NCBI GenBank assembly: GCA_043803945.1
Contig: JAZDJN010000027.1
Span: 36,383 to 100,382 of the forward strand
Direction: 5' to 3'
DNA: 64,000 nucleotides
Source of the DNA: a bacterium
GTDB lineage: Bacteria; Bacteroidota; Ignavibacteria; UBA10030
A program made the translations under genes and the position numbers. The notes under the pieces are model-generated. The model ran no database searches. It saw only the letters and a list, made by a program, of their open reading frames with translations, and was not told the DNA's origin. Below, one piece after another: positions 38,975 to 49,096 of this stretch (positions are counted from its first letter, which is position 1; each line of letters opens with the position of its first letter).

Positions 38975-41413
38975 ATGAAATACGGATATTTTGATGATGA
39001 GCAGAAAGAGTACGTCATTACGCGTCCTGATACACCGCTGCCATGGATCAACTATTTAGGGACGGAACAATTTTATGGCATCATCACCAACACCGCCGGC
39101 GGATATTGCTTTTATCAGGATGCACGGTTGCGCCGCCTGACACGATACCGCTATAACAACATCCCGATGGACAGTAATGGCAGGTACCTGTATATCAGAG
39201 ATGGCAATTCCATCTGGAATCCGATGTGGAAACCGATGCGTGTGGAGCTGGATCACTATGAATGCCGGCATGGGCTGGGATATACAAAAATTACCGGTAG
39301 AAAAAATGATCTCGAAGTATCAATAAACTTTTTCATTCCACTCGGATCCAGAAACGAGGTATGGTCTGTTCGGGCGGTAAATCGCTCTCAATCACCGAAG
39401 CAGATCAGGATGTGGAGTTTCGTTGAGTGGTGCCTCTGGGAGGCGTATGACGATATGACGAACTTTCAGCGGAATTACTCGACGGGCCAGGTGGAGATTG
39501 AAAACGGAGCTATCTTTCATACAACCGAATATCGGGAACGACGCAATCATTATGCCTATTTCGCTGCCAGTGAGACAGTGTCGGGATATGATTCGAGTCG
39601 TGATGCGTTCATCGGTGTGCATAATGGATTGGATGCACCTCAGGCCGTGATGGAGGGATGCTGCAAGAATAGTACCGCTTATGGCTGGCTTCCGATTGGG
39701 GTTCATCAGATCGATTTGAATCTTCAACCGGGAGAGATAAAAGAACTTACCTTCATTCTCGGTTATGCAGAGAATCCACCTGAGAAGAAATTTCTTGAGA
39801 ATGGAACGATCCGGAAAAATGAATTTGAAGAAATACGATCGAGATACCTGAATCCTTTGGTAGCCTTATCTGCCTTTGATGCACAAAAGGTGTACTGGGA
39901 AAAGCTCTTATCGACGTATCAGGTTAGCAGCCCCGATATGATCGTCAATCGGATGGCAAATATATGGAATCAGTATCAATGCATGGTCACCTTCAATATG
40001 TCACGTGCCGCTTCGCTGTATGAATCGGGTGTCGGACGCGGGATGGGATATCGTGATAGTAATCAGGATGTTCTGGGATTTGTCCACATGATCCCCTCGC
40101 GGGCGCGTCAGCGAATTCTTGACATTGCTTCAACGCAGCTCTCAGATGGCACATGCTACCATCAATATCAACCGCTGACGAAAAAGGGAAATGCCGGCAT
40201 CGGCGGGGGATTCAATGATGATCCACTCTGGTTAATATTGTCGACTGCGGCGTATCTTAAAGAGACCGGTGATTCCAGCATCCTGTATGAATCCATAGGT
40301 TATGCCGATCAAAAAGCATCGGAGGCCACACTTCTCGATCATCTGCATCTCTCTCTTCGCTATACCTTGAATCATCGCGGACCTCATGGTCTGCCCTTGA
40401 TCGGTCATGCCGATTGGAACGATTGCCTCAATCTCAATTGCTTCTCAACGACGCCAGGAGAAAGTTTTCAATTGGCGGGACATATTGAGAATGACAGAGT
40501 AGCCGAGTCAGTGATGATTGCAGGATTATTCTGCAAGGCATGTACAGAGATGGTTCATCTTCTGCAATCTATCGGTAATACAACGCGAGTTGTTGAGTAT
40601 AATGCATTGGCAGAGAGTATGAAACGAACCGTCTATGAACATGGCTGGGATGGTGAATGGTTTCTGAGAGCGTATGATGCATATGGGAAGAAGTTAGGTT
40701 CCCAAGAAAATGAAGAGGGAAAAATTTTCATTGAAAGCCAGGGATGGTGTATTTTGGGTGGTCTTGGATTGGAAAATGGTTTTGCCCTGAAGGCATTGGA
40801 AAGTGTCAAGCAGTATCTCTTCACTCCCAATGGAATCGTGCTGCAGCAGCCGGCATTTTCGAAATACTATGTTCATCTTGGAGAGGTGAGTTCCTATCCA
40901 CCGGGCTATAAAGAAAATGCAGGCATCTTTACACATAACAATACATGGATTCAGATCGCCGAAACCATGATCGGTCGTGGAGATCAGGCGATGGAATATT
41001 ATAAAAGCATCTGCCCATCAACCAAGGAAGAGCAGATCGATATCTATCGAAGTGAGCCGTATGTCTATAGTCAGATGACGGCCGGAAGAGATGCACCGAC
41101 ACCGGGAGAGGGGAAGAATTCCTGGTTGACCGGTACCGTCGCATGGTCTTTCGTAACACTCTCGCAATATATTCTTGGTATCCGACCGGAGTATGAGGGA
41201 TTGGTTATTGATCCCTGTATCCCCAAGGAGTGGAAACAATTCCAGGTCATACGGAAGTTTAGAGGAGCGACGTATTCCATCACCGTAAAGAATCCAAATG
41301 GAGTAAGCAAGGGTGTGAAAAGTATGACACTTGATGGAGAGAGAATTCAAGGCAACAAAATCCCGACACTCAACGATGGGAAGGAGCATCGTGTAGAAGT
41401 TGTGATGGGATAG
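38975..41413 (+). CDS. GH94 cellobiose phosphorylase
   Basis: MKYGYFDD..EYVIT.PDTPLPWINYLG, GRGMGYRDSNQD, HQYQPLT, ADWNDCLNL, YPPGYKENAGIF, KNSWLTGT. GGAGGAG RBS. Confidence 0.92.
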   Translation: MKYGYFDDEQKEYVITRPDTPLPWINYLGTEQFYGIITNTAGGYCFYQDARLRRLTRYRYNNIPMDSNGRYLYIRDGNSIWNPMWKPMRVELDHYECRHGLGYTKITGRKNDLEVSINFFIPLGSRNEVWSVRAVNRSQSPKQIRMWSFVEWCLWEAYDDMTNFQRNYSTGQVEIENGAIFHTTEYRERRNHYAYFAASETVSGYDSSRDAFIGVHNGLDAPQAVMEGCCKNSTAYGWLPIGVHQIDLNLQPGEIKELTFILGYAENPPEKKFLENGTIRKNEFEEIRSRYLNPLVALSAFDAQKVYWEKLLSTYQVSSPDMIVNRMANIWNQYQCMVTFNMSRAASLYESGVGRGMGYRDSNQDVLGFVHMIPSRARQRILDIASTQLSDGTCYHQYQPLTKKGNAGIGGGFNDDPLWLILSTAAYLKETGDSSILYESIGYADQKASEATLLDHLHLSLRYTLNHRGPHGLPLIGHADWNDCLNLNCFSTTPGESFQLAGHIENDRVAESVMIAGLFCKACTEMVHLLQSIGNTTRVVEYNALAESMKRTVYEHGWDGEWFLRAYDAYGKKLGSQENEEGKIFIESQGWCILGGLGLENGFALKALESVKQYLFTPNGIVLQQPAFSKYYVHLGEVSSYPPGYKENAGIFTHNNTWIQIAETMIGRGDQAMEYYKSICPSTKEEQIDIYRSEPYVYSQMTAGRDAPTPGEGKNSWLTGTVAWSFVTLSQYILGIRPEYEGLVIDPCIPKEWKQFQVIRKFRGATYSITVKNPNGVSKGVKSMTLDGERIQGNKIPTLNDGKEHRVEVVMG

Positions 41414-41599
41414 AACAAGGAAGAGGCTGATCGTGCTATGCAAGTTAGTTGTAAAACTACAAAAAACACAAAAGGTGCAAAGGTATAGATCGAAATCATA
41501 AAATCTTAGAAATATTCATTCTAATCTCTTAGGGGAAGAATTAAAATATGACAATTATAAACCAGATATTTGAAATAGTCGGGTCCTTATTCGCTATAT

Positions 41600-42695
41600 C
41601 CTTAAATCCGATATAGAAGCGTTTCCAGGATAAAAGTGAGGAAAAATGAGACAGAGGGGCTTGATAGACCAGCGAAGAAAAAGCGAAGAGGTGTTTTTGG
41701 AGTACTACAAGGGGAAAACAATAGCGCTACAAGGCAAAGCAGAGATAGATCACCGATGACGTTACAAGATACAAAGAAGCACGCCTGAGAGGGAACATAC
41801 CAAAGTACAGCAGCATGGATACTTACCAAGGAGGCCAAGGAGCAAGACGAAGCGTGTAAAAAGAGTTGGTCAAGAGGTTGAACGAATCGGCTGTTGAAGC
41901 CACTCGCACGATAAGACCACGAGCGTGATGAATAACGCGAGCTGCGAGATGATAGAGTTTATAGCGAAGTGTTCGAATAGATTTTTTCATCCACGTGTTG
42001 CCAAGTGTTATCTGCTTGATCAATTGAATGATGTTGTAAGCGAGGATGCCCGTGGTAAAGTAAAGCGCATTGGCATCGAACTGTCCACACGGAAGATGAT
42101 CGAGATTAAAATGATGTTTGAGTTCGCCGATGATACGTTCCATTTCTCCACGCTGTTGGTGGAAGAGAATGACAGCATTGGCACTCATCTCTTCTACGGA
42201 GATGTTGGTAGCAACAATCCAATAGGTGTAGATCCCATCGAAGAGGTGAGTCTGATGTTTGCGAAGAGTGCGTTTGACAACGAGCTGAAAACTGTCTGTT
42301 GTTTTCTCCATCGTGTGTATTGTTTCAGCAACCTCCCACGGTGCGAGTGTTCCATCATCGAAAACGCCCTGTTTCCAAGCACATTGTGGGATGGTGGCAA
42401 GAGCGTTCATGACGGCAATGTCGTGATCAGCAGTCACGGTAAAGAGTCGGTGACAAGCAAAACAATCATTGAAGAAGGCGCTGTTGTAGGCGGCAGAATC
42501 ACTCCGCACAATACGGATACGATCTGGGAGTCTCTGTTCACACTGGTGAACAAATTCTACCAAACCGACTTGGGGCGACTCGTTGCCGTAGCGGAATGTT
42601 GAACCGGCAACCAAACCGCTGCTTGCAATGATAGCGGGTAGTGGTTGATGGCCAATGGATTTCGCTTTTTCTGAAGCAAAGCAAGCCTCGAGCAT
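41600..42695 (-). mobile_element. degenerate IS1380-family element; transposase ORF 41823-42695 is N-terminally truncated
   Basis: FRYGNESP, RSDSAAY, YWIVATN, HQQRGEMERIIGELKH, LPCGQFDANALY, LRYKLYHLAARV. Only 290 aa. Possible terminal repeat CCTTAAATCCG at 41600 (tentative). Confidence 0.8.
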
Positions 42696-42911
42696 AACCT
42701 ATCAGGTTACTGTCGATAGCACTGGCCGATCACTATAACAACATCATTGATATGAAAAACGAATGCAATGTGGACAAGTTGGAATAATAAATCACCTTGA
42801 GGCAACGCTAGCCTGAACTCAAATTCTTCTTCAGTTCATAAAATGATCTTGATATTGTCGTAATACAGGCTTATATTTAGCCCAGAATTAAGACAATATA
42901 AAGGTATAGAA

Positions 42912-43196
42912 ATGAGAAGCATCTCGATTTCAAATGACATTATTCCTGTCGGTCAATTCAAATCCAATCTAGCAAAGCACCTCAAAGAACTACGGACGAA
43001 GCGAAATTCTTTGATCATTACACAGAATGGGAAACCTGCCGGAGTATTATTGTCTCCAGAAGAATTTGATGAATTGAGGGAAACAAAACTCTTCATCGAT
43101 TCAATTTCTCGTGGATTATCTGATTCAGAGGAAGGAGAAGTAGTGTCAACATCACAACTGAGAAACGAATTGCAAAAGAGACGTGCAGCTAAATAA
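42912..43196 (+). CDS. Phd/YefM family antitoxin
   Basis: IIPVGQFKSNL, IITQNGKPAGVLLSPEEF; immediately upstream of a RelE/ParE toxin. Confidence 0.9.
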   Translation: MRSISISNDIIPVGQFKSNLAKHLKELRTKRNSLIITQNGKPAGVLLSPEEFDELRETKLFIDSISRGLSDSEEGEVVSTSQLRNELQKRRAAK

Positions 43197-43198
43197 AA

Positions 43199-43510
43199 AT
43201 GAAAATCTTCTGGACAAAAGAAGCTGTGTTGAGATTACAAGAAATCGAAGAATACATTTCGAGAGATAAACCCGTAATAGCAATAGAATTTGTTGATAAA
43301 CTAATCTCGGTCGCAGAAACTCTAGTGGATAATCCAAAGAAAGGAAGAATTGTACCTGAATTGTCTCTTGAAAGTATCAGAGAATTGCTATTTAGAAATT
43401 ATCGCATTGTCTATCTGGTCAAGAAAAACTCGATAGAGATTATCACAGTTTTCGAAGGACATCAACTATTAAAACAAGAAGAAATATTTAAAAGCAGAGA
43501 TCGATCATAG
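43199..43510 (+). CDS. RelE/ParE family toxin
   Basis: MKIFWTKEA..L.EI..YI..D, P.KGRIVPEL, IRELLFRNYRIVY. Confidence 0.9.
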   Translation: MKIFWTKEAVLRLQEIEEYISRDKPVIAIEFVDKLISVAETLVDNPKKGRIVPELSLESIRELLFRNYRIVYLVKKNSIEIITVFEGHQLLKQEEIFKSRDRS

Positions 43511-43630
43511 TAGGCCATCCGCGTCGCTAACTCAACCTCAGCGGCAATAGATAAGTTCAGTGGTATTTTATCATCTGTAAGACTCTTGTGGAAAGTCCCA
43601 TCACGATTCAACTATGAAAGAGTTCGAACT

Positions 43631-46024
43631 TCATCCCATCACCACAACCACCTCATTCTCTCCCTTCATCATCTCCAGTGGAATGAGATTACCATTAATC
43701 TCTGTTCCATCAACAGTGACTCTCTTCACACCTTTCTGCACGTTGTCCGGATTCTGGATGATGATGGAGAAATTCTTTTTCCTGAATCTTCTTGTGATTG
43801 TTATCTCTTTCCAATCAGAAGGAATACATGGATCGATCCGCAGGCCGGTATACTCCGGTTGGATTCCCAGGATGTACTGCGTCGCTGTATAATATGCCCA
43901 CGATGCACTGCCGCTGAGCCATGGAAGGCGTGCCGCGCCATAGCGAGGGCTGTATTTGCTGTGTATGAACTGGTTGTACACGTACGGTTCGATCTGCCTG
44001 AGCTCCGCTTTGGTATTATAGGCTGCCGGCATAAACTTTCTGTAGTACTCGTACGCCCAATCTCCCCGTCCCAGCATCGCCTCGGCGATGATAGCCCACC
44101 CCTGTGTATGACAAAAGATCGAACCGTTTTCTTTCATCCCTTTATTGAACAATCGCGCTTTAATCACTTTGGGATCGGTATTCTCCACCGGAGGATCACA
44201 GATCATTAACCCATACTCGGTCGAGAGGCGGTGATGCACAACATTCATCAATTGCTCACCGCGCTCATCTGTGAGGTGACCGCTCAGAATTGCCCATGGC
44301 TGCGGTTCTAAGAATATAGATGCTTCCTCATTCTCCTTTGAACCAAACTTCAGGCCGTCTGCCCGATATGCCCGCAGGTACCATGCACCATCCCAGGCGT
44401 GCTTCTCCAGATTTTCATCGAGTGTTTTCATATGTCCCTGCGCCCACGACACTTCATCGGTGATGGCAAGCATTTCACAAATCTCAAGATAGGTCTTCAG
44501 TGCATAACGTAACTGGAATGCAACGAAGACAGTCTCTCCGTCATGGCCGAGTTCAAGGCAGTCATTCCAGTCTGCAAACAGGCCGCAGGGAAGTCCATGT
44601 GCGCCTGACCGATCGAGATTGAATTGAATGGCGCGTTTCATATGGCCAAGGACAGTCTCTTCTCCGGTATCCGCATAAGGAAGAATTTTCGAGTAGAAGG
44701 AAAGATCACCCGTCTCTTTGACATATACCGGAATGGTGCTAAAGAGCCACATGCAATCGTCGGACCGGTACTCGTGTTCCCGGGGAGCTTTTTCCTTTCC
44801 CGGTGTATGGGCAAATGGCTTTACAACCGGCATCGCACCGCCGGTAGATACCTGTCCGGTAATCATCAACTCAAGGCGCCCACGCACTTCATCGGGAATG
44901 AGATGAAGCACTCCGAGCAAGTCCTGAACGGTGTCGCGGTATCCGAGGCCATCTCGTTCACCTGTATACACCAGGCTTGCCGCGCGTGACCATGTGTAAG
45001 TCATCATACAGTTGTAGGGATTCCACATGTTCAACATACTATTGAATTCGGCATCAGGAGTGCAAGCGGAGATCCCCGTAATTTTATTATGCCAGTATTC
45101 CTTCAACTGTTCATACTCCACGCGAGCCTTTGCCGGATCTCCCATTTCCTGAACGGCTCTCTTGGCCTCAATTCCTGCAGCACCTATTCCCATGAGAATG
45201 ACGATTGTTTTTGATTCACCTGAATCCAATTCCACATCAACCTGCACAGTGCCGCAACCGTTATCTCCCACTGCGATGGAGTTCTTACAGCGACCCTCTT
45301 CGACCACCAGTGGATTGGCATAGGTGCGATAAGGTCCTAAAAAGATTTCTCGATCCGTATCGAAGCCGACTATTGGCGCTCCTGTCACTGCTAGAAAAGT
45401 GTGACGTCCCTGGCCATCGTCTTCAAAATGATCTGGCTGTTCAGGCATAAAGACATTGGTGCCATGATCGATGATGTTGTCGATTACACTCATCTTAAGG
45501 ATATATTGTGAGTATTGAAGATTGATCATATCCTGAGATAAATTCCAATTGTTTGCGTACTCGACATAGGTGAAGAAACTCAATCGTCGTTTCTTTTTAT
45601 CCTTGTTTGTTATCGTGAGCAGCCAGCATTCGTATATCCGGCCAAGAGGGACAAAGTATAAGGTCTCAGTTTTGATTGCGGAATATTCGGATGATATTTT
45701 GGTGTACGCCGTGCCATGTCTGCACTCTGATTTGTATTCCCGGAGTGATTTCCCTACCGGCTGCCAGCTCGCAGACCAAAAGTCTTTACTCTCTTTGTCA
45801 TGAATGTAAATGTATCGGCCCGGTTGATCCATGGGTATGACATTGAAGCGAAGACGGGTGAACCTGCCCTGAGCTGCGGATTTATAAAAACTGTACCCGC
45901 CGGCGTTATTGGTGATGATGGCTCCGTACTCGGTCGATCCCAGGTAATTGCTCCATGACCGTGGTGTGTCGGGTTGCTCGATTACATATTCTTTATTCTC
46001 GTCATCGAAAAAGCCGAATTGCAT
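43631..46024 (-). CDS. GH94 phosphorylase (cellodextrin/chitobiose phosphorylase-like)
   Basis: MQFGFFDD..EYVI..PDTPRSWSNYLG, RDGLGYRDTVQD, ADWNDCL, KENGSIFCH, PWLSGSASW. Confidence 0.9.
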   Translation of the reverse strand: MQFGFFDDENKEYVIEQPDTPRSWSNYLGSTEYGAIITNNAGGYSFYKSAAQGRFTRLRFNVIPMDQPGRYIYIHDKESKDFWSASWQPVGKSLREYKSECRHGTAYTKISSEYSAIKTETLYFVPLGRIYECWLLTITNKDKKKRRLSFFTYVEYANNWNLSQDMINLQYSQYILKMSVIDNIIDHGTNVFMPEQPDHFEDDGQGRHTFLAVTGAPIVGFDTDREIFLGPYRTYANPLVVEEGRCKNSIAVGDNGCGTVQVDVELDSGESKTIVILMGIGAAGIEAKRAVQEMGDPAKARVEYEQLKEYWHNKITGISACTPDAEFNSMLNMWNPYNCMMTYTWSRAASLVYTGERDGLGYRDTVQDLLGVLHLIPDEVRGRLELMITGQVSTGGAMPVVKPFAHTPGKEKAPREHEYRSDDCMWLFSTIPVYVKETGDLSFYSKILPYADTGEETVLGHMKRAIQFNLDRSGAHGLPCGLFADWNDCLELGHDGETVFVAFQLRYALKTYLEICEMLAITDEVSWAQGHMKTLDENLEKHAWDGAWYLRAYRADGLKFGSKENEEASIFLEPQPWAILSGHLTDERGEQLMNVVHHRLSTEYGLMICDPPVENTDPKVIKARLFNKGMKENGSIFCHTQGWAIIAEAMLGRGDWAYEYYRKFMPAAYNTKAELRQIEPYVYNQFIHSKYSPRYGAARLPWLSGSASWAYYTATQYILGIQPEYTGLRIDPCIPSDWKEITITRRFRKKNFSIIIQNPDNVQKGVKRVTVDGTEINGNLIPLEMMKGENEVVVVMG

Positions 46025-46168
46025 GATGGCATTCCTTTGTGATCCCTTAAAAATAAATTTACCGCAAAGATCGCCAAGTCACCAAGAGTCAACTATGTCA
46101 AGGTGCGGTTCTTTCACTACAAAACTCTTGGCGTCTTGGCGGCCATTCTTCATTCCATGAGATGATCG

Positions 46169-47161
46169 TCAAAACACTTCTGAATTGTTCTTGATGTACT
46201 CGATCAGTTCATCCACTTGGGCAAATGCGATCGAAGTATAGGTATCCGCTGCTCCGTAATATATCACAATGCGGCCTGTCGGAGCATCGAAGAGGGCCGC
46301 ACCTGGGAAAACAACATTCGGAACAAAACCGGTTGTCTCATATGGCTGCTCCGGCGTGAGCAGATAATCCCTTGTTCGGTACAATACCTTGCTGGGATGA
46401 TCGATGTCGAGAATCACTGCACCAAAACTGTACACAAAACCGTTACAGGTTGTCGATACACCGTGGTAGAATAAGAGCCAGCCTTCGGTTGTTTCAATGG
46501 GGATAGGGCCCGCTCCGATTTTCACTCCCTGCCACCATCCCTGGCCGCCTTTGCCCATCACGAATTGATGGTTCCCCCAGTGAATGAGATCGGGACTTTC
46601 ACTCAGAAAAATATCACCGAACGGTGTGTGGCCGCTATCGCTTGGGCGACTGAGCAGAATATATTTGCCATGCACTTTTCTTGGAAAGAGCACACCGTTG
46701 CGATTGAAGGGCATCAGGGGATTGAGCATGCGGGTAAACGTCTTGAAATCGCTTGTCCTGCCTAATCCGATCGATGCTCCCCGCATATCGTCGCACCAGA
46801 CGACATAGTAGGTGTCGTCAATGAGGACTACGCGAGGGTCGTACGCATAACTTGTTGGACTGGGATTTCCTTGTTCATCGACCCACTGAATCGGATCGGG
46901 TCCTATTGTCCATTTCAATCCGTCTCTGCTTTTACCGGAGAAAAGCATTGCGCGCCCGTTCTTCTGATCGGCACGAAATACTCCGACGAATGCATCATTG
47001 TACGATACCACCGCACTGTTAAAAATTCTGGCGGCTTTGGGAATTGGATTCCAGCCAATCACTGGATTCTTCTTGTATCGCCAAAGGACATCAGAACACC
47101 CTTTCGGTTTTTTCTGCCAAGGAATGTTGGGTAATGCTCTGCCGATAATTGTCTTCTTCAT
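46169..47161 (-). CDS. beta-1,4-mannooligosaccharide phosphorylase (GH130_2)
   Basis: LPNIPWQ, RIFNSAVV, YAYDPRV, PFNRNGVLFPRK, SRPSDSGHTPFGDIF, KIGAGP, GFVPNVVFP. Confidence 0.92.
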   Translation of the reverse strand: MKKTIIGRALPNIPWQKKPKGCSDVLWRYKKNPVIGWNPIPKAARIFNSAVVSYNDAFVGVFRADQKNGRAMLFSGKSRDGLKWTIGPDPIQWVDEQGNPSPTSYAYDPRVVLIDDTYYVVWCDDMRGASIGLGRTSDFKTFTRMLNPLMPFNRNGVLFPRKVHGKYILLSRPSDSGHTPFGDIFLSESPDLIHWGNHQFVMGKGGQGWWQGVKIGAGPIPIETTEGWLLFYHGVSTTCNGFVYSFGAVILDIDHPSKVLYRTRDYLLTPEQPYETTGFVPNVVFPGAALFDAPTGRIVIYYGAADTYTSIAFAQVDELIEYIKNNSEVF

Positions 47162-47249
47162 TTGTGATCCTTTATGCAATAGGTCATTCACGGTAAGGTC
47201 GAGAGAACGTTCATCTTTCATTCACGATCCATACCAGCGATCATCAAGC

Positions 47250-48665
47250 CTAAGCAATAACTTCTTCACCGATCGCTTTCCTTCTTGCTTCGAGGTCGGC
47301 TACGATCTCCGCAACACGTGTATCATTCAGCGGATAGAAGAACATTATGACCGCTGCGAGAACTCCAAACCCGGCAGGGATAAGACTAAAGAGAAGGAGC
47401 AATCCATTGAGGCTGCTCTCGGACTGTGCCTGATTGGGTTCAAATCCCACTTGGGACATCAATGTCAATGCCACAAAGGCACCGAATGCCCACCCGATTT
47501 TCTGTGACATCGTCGAGGCAGAAAAAACTAAACCGGTTGCTCTCCGTCCGCGCTTCCACTCGCCGTAATCGGCTGTATCGGCATACATTGCCCATACCAA
47601 AACGCTCAATGGTCCGCCCGTAATGGAGCCGGTAATTTGGAAGAGGAAAATCAAAGCAAGCTGATCGGGGCCGAGAAAATAAAATGCAGCCGTACTAAGG
47701 ATGGCGACAATGAAGATGATCATGAATGCTTTTTTCTTTCCAAGCGCTTTTGCAACAAAACTCACCATGAGCACACCGATAAATGAAGAGATCTGTCCAA
47801 TGGTATTGAATGCAGAAGTGATTGCCGTAAAATCGTAGGTATTAGTTCCGAGGAAGGGGAGAGAAATACTCTGTGACTGAACGAAATATTTAAAATAGTG
47901 AACAGTGACACTGCTCCGAACTGCGACAAAAAGGATAAAGGTAATCGTTGTCGCCAGGAGAATCAGCCAAGGCGTGTTGGTGACTAATTCATAGAGATCT
48001 TGCTTGATGGAAGCTTTCTGAGATTTGGGAGGCAACACTCGTTCCCGGGTGCCTTTAAACGCGATGAGGAAGAAAATGACGGCCGCAACACCATAGACCA
48101 TAAAGGATCGCTGCCATCCATGGGCGTCATTTCCGGCACCCAACATGTTGACCATCGGTAGTAATGTCGCGGATACGATAATCCCTGCGGCGAACGCAAA
48201 GAGGAATTTCATGGAAGATACTGTCGTCCGTTCGTTCGAATCGGCTGAGATCACGCCAAGCAGTGCAGTGTAGGGGATATTGATCGCGGTATACAGCATC
48301 ATAAGGAGATTGAATGTAACATACGCCCAAATGAGTTTTCCGGTATCTCCCAAATCTGGGACTGTAAACGTAAGCACACCGACAAGAGCAAAAGGGACAC
48401 AAATCCAGAGCAGATAAGGGCGGAAGTGTCCCCATCGCGTCTGTGTTCGATCAGCAATAATCCCCATCATTGGATCATTGATGCCGTCCCATATTCGACT
48501 CACAAGAAAGAGCGTTGCTGCAGTGCTGGCAGGAATGAGAAACACATCCGTGTAGAAGTAGGTAAAGTACAGCATAAAGGTTTGCCAGTATAAAACCGAG
48601 GCAAGGTCGCCAAAGCCATAGGAGAATTTTTCTTTAAATGGGAGTTTCTGGATTTCGCTGCCCAT
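47250..48665 (-). CDS. MFS glycoside-pentoside-hexuronide:cation symporter
   Basis: KEKFSYGFGD, WDGINDPMMGIIADRT.TRWG.FRPY, NIPYTAL, WAMYADTADYGEW..GRR..G. Confidence 0.93.
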   Translation of the reverse strand: MGSEIQKLPFKEKFSYGFGDLASVLYWQTFMLYFTYFYTDVFLIPASTAATLFLVSRIWDGINDPMMGIIADRTQTRWGHFRPYLLWICVPFALVGVLTFTVPDLGDTGKLIWAYVTFNLLMMLYTAINIPYTALLGVISADSNERTTVSSMKFLFAFAAGIIVSATLLPMVNMLGAGNDAHGWQRSFMVYGVAAVIFFLIAFKGTRERVLPPKSQKASIKQDLYELVTNTPWLILLATTITFILFVAVRSSVTVHYFKYFVQSQSISLPFLGTNTYDFTAITSAFNTIGQISSFIGVLMVSFVAKALGKKKAFMIIFIVAILSTAAFYFLGPDQLALIFLFQITGSITGGPLSVLVWAMYADTADYGEWKRGRRATGLVFSASTMSQKIGWAFGAFVALTLMSQVGFEPNQAQSESSLNGLLLLFSLIPAGFGVLAAVIMFFYPLNDTRVAEIVADLEARRKAIGEEVIA

Positions 48666-48815
48666 GTGTCCGATTCCTTTTCTCAATGAAAGATGGCTAC
48701 TTCATTTTTGCTTGTGATGGAAAAATACTGAAATGGTGTCACCGAATGCAGGTTGCGTACGATCCAGAGGACCATTCTCCTGCTTATTCCGATTAGTATT
48801 TTCCAAAAAGGTTTA

Positions 48816-48831
48816 AGCAAATTTCATACCA
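48816..48831 (-). promoter_or_regulatory. candidate sigma54 promoter for the MFS-GH130-GH94 operon
   Basis: Reverse complement TGGTATGAAATTTGCT: GG-N10-GC with TTGCT at -12. Confidence 0.68.
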
Positions 48832-49096
48832 TAAGCAATCCTTAGTTTGATCCAAAAACAATCCAGAGAATATTTCTCATCGATACATGAAGAAAACTTA
48901 CTATCGACTGAAAGAATGTGCTGGCCAGCTTGAGGGCATCAATTACCAGGAGCAAATCGAGTGCCGACGTTCATCGGTGAACAATGATTCGAGCAGTGTT
49001 CTTGATTGTTATAAATCTCCGCTCCATTACCTTAACAATATTATGGTACTCTTTTTGTTGGTAATTCTGGAAAATAGTGTATCAAAAGGAGGACAA

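Noticed and set aside
41925-42602. 225-aa plus-strand ORF
   Set aside because: Antisense shadow of the IS1380 transposase with no motifs.
43586-44209. 207-aa plus-strand ORF, and similar long antisense ORFs at 20927-21628, 25284-25862, 38141-38728, 58444-59046
   Set aside because: All lie opposite well-supported CAZyme genes and show no domain signal.
46060-46145. CGCCAAGTCACCAAG...CTTGGCGTCTTGGCG inverted repeat between GH130_2 and GH94
   Set aside because: A real imperfect hairpin, but short and most simply a generic intergenic stem-loop; related half-sites at ~29626 and ~41455 are too degenerate to call.
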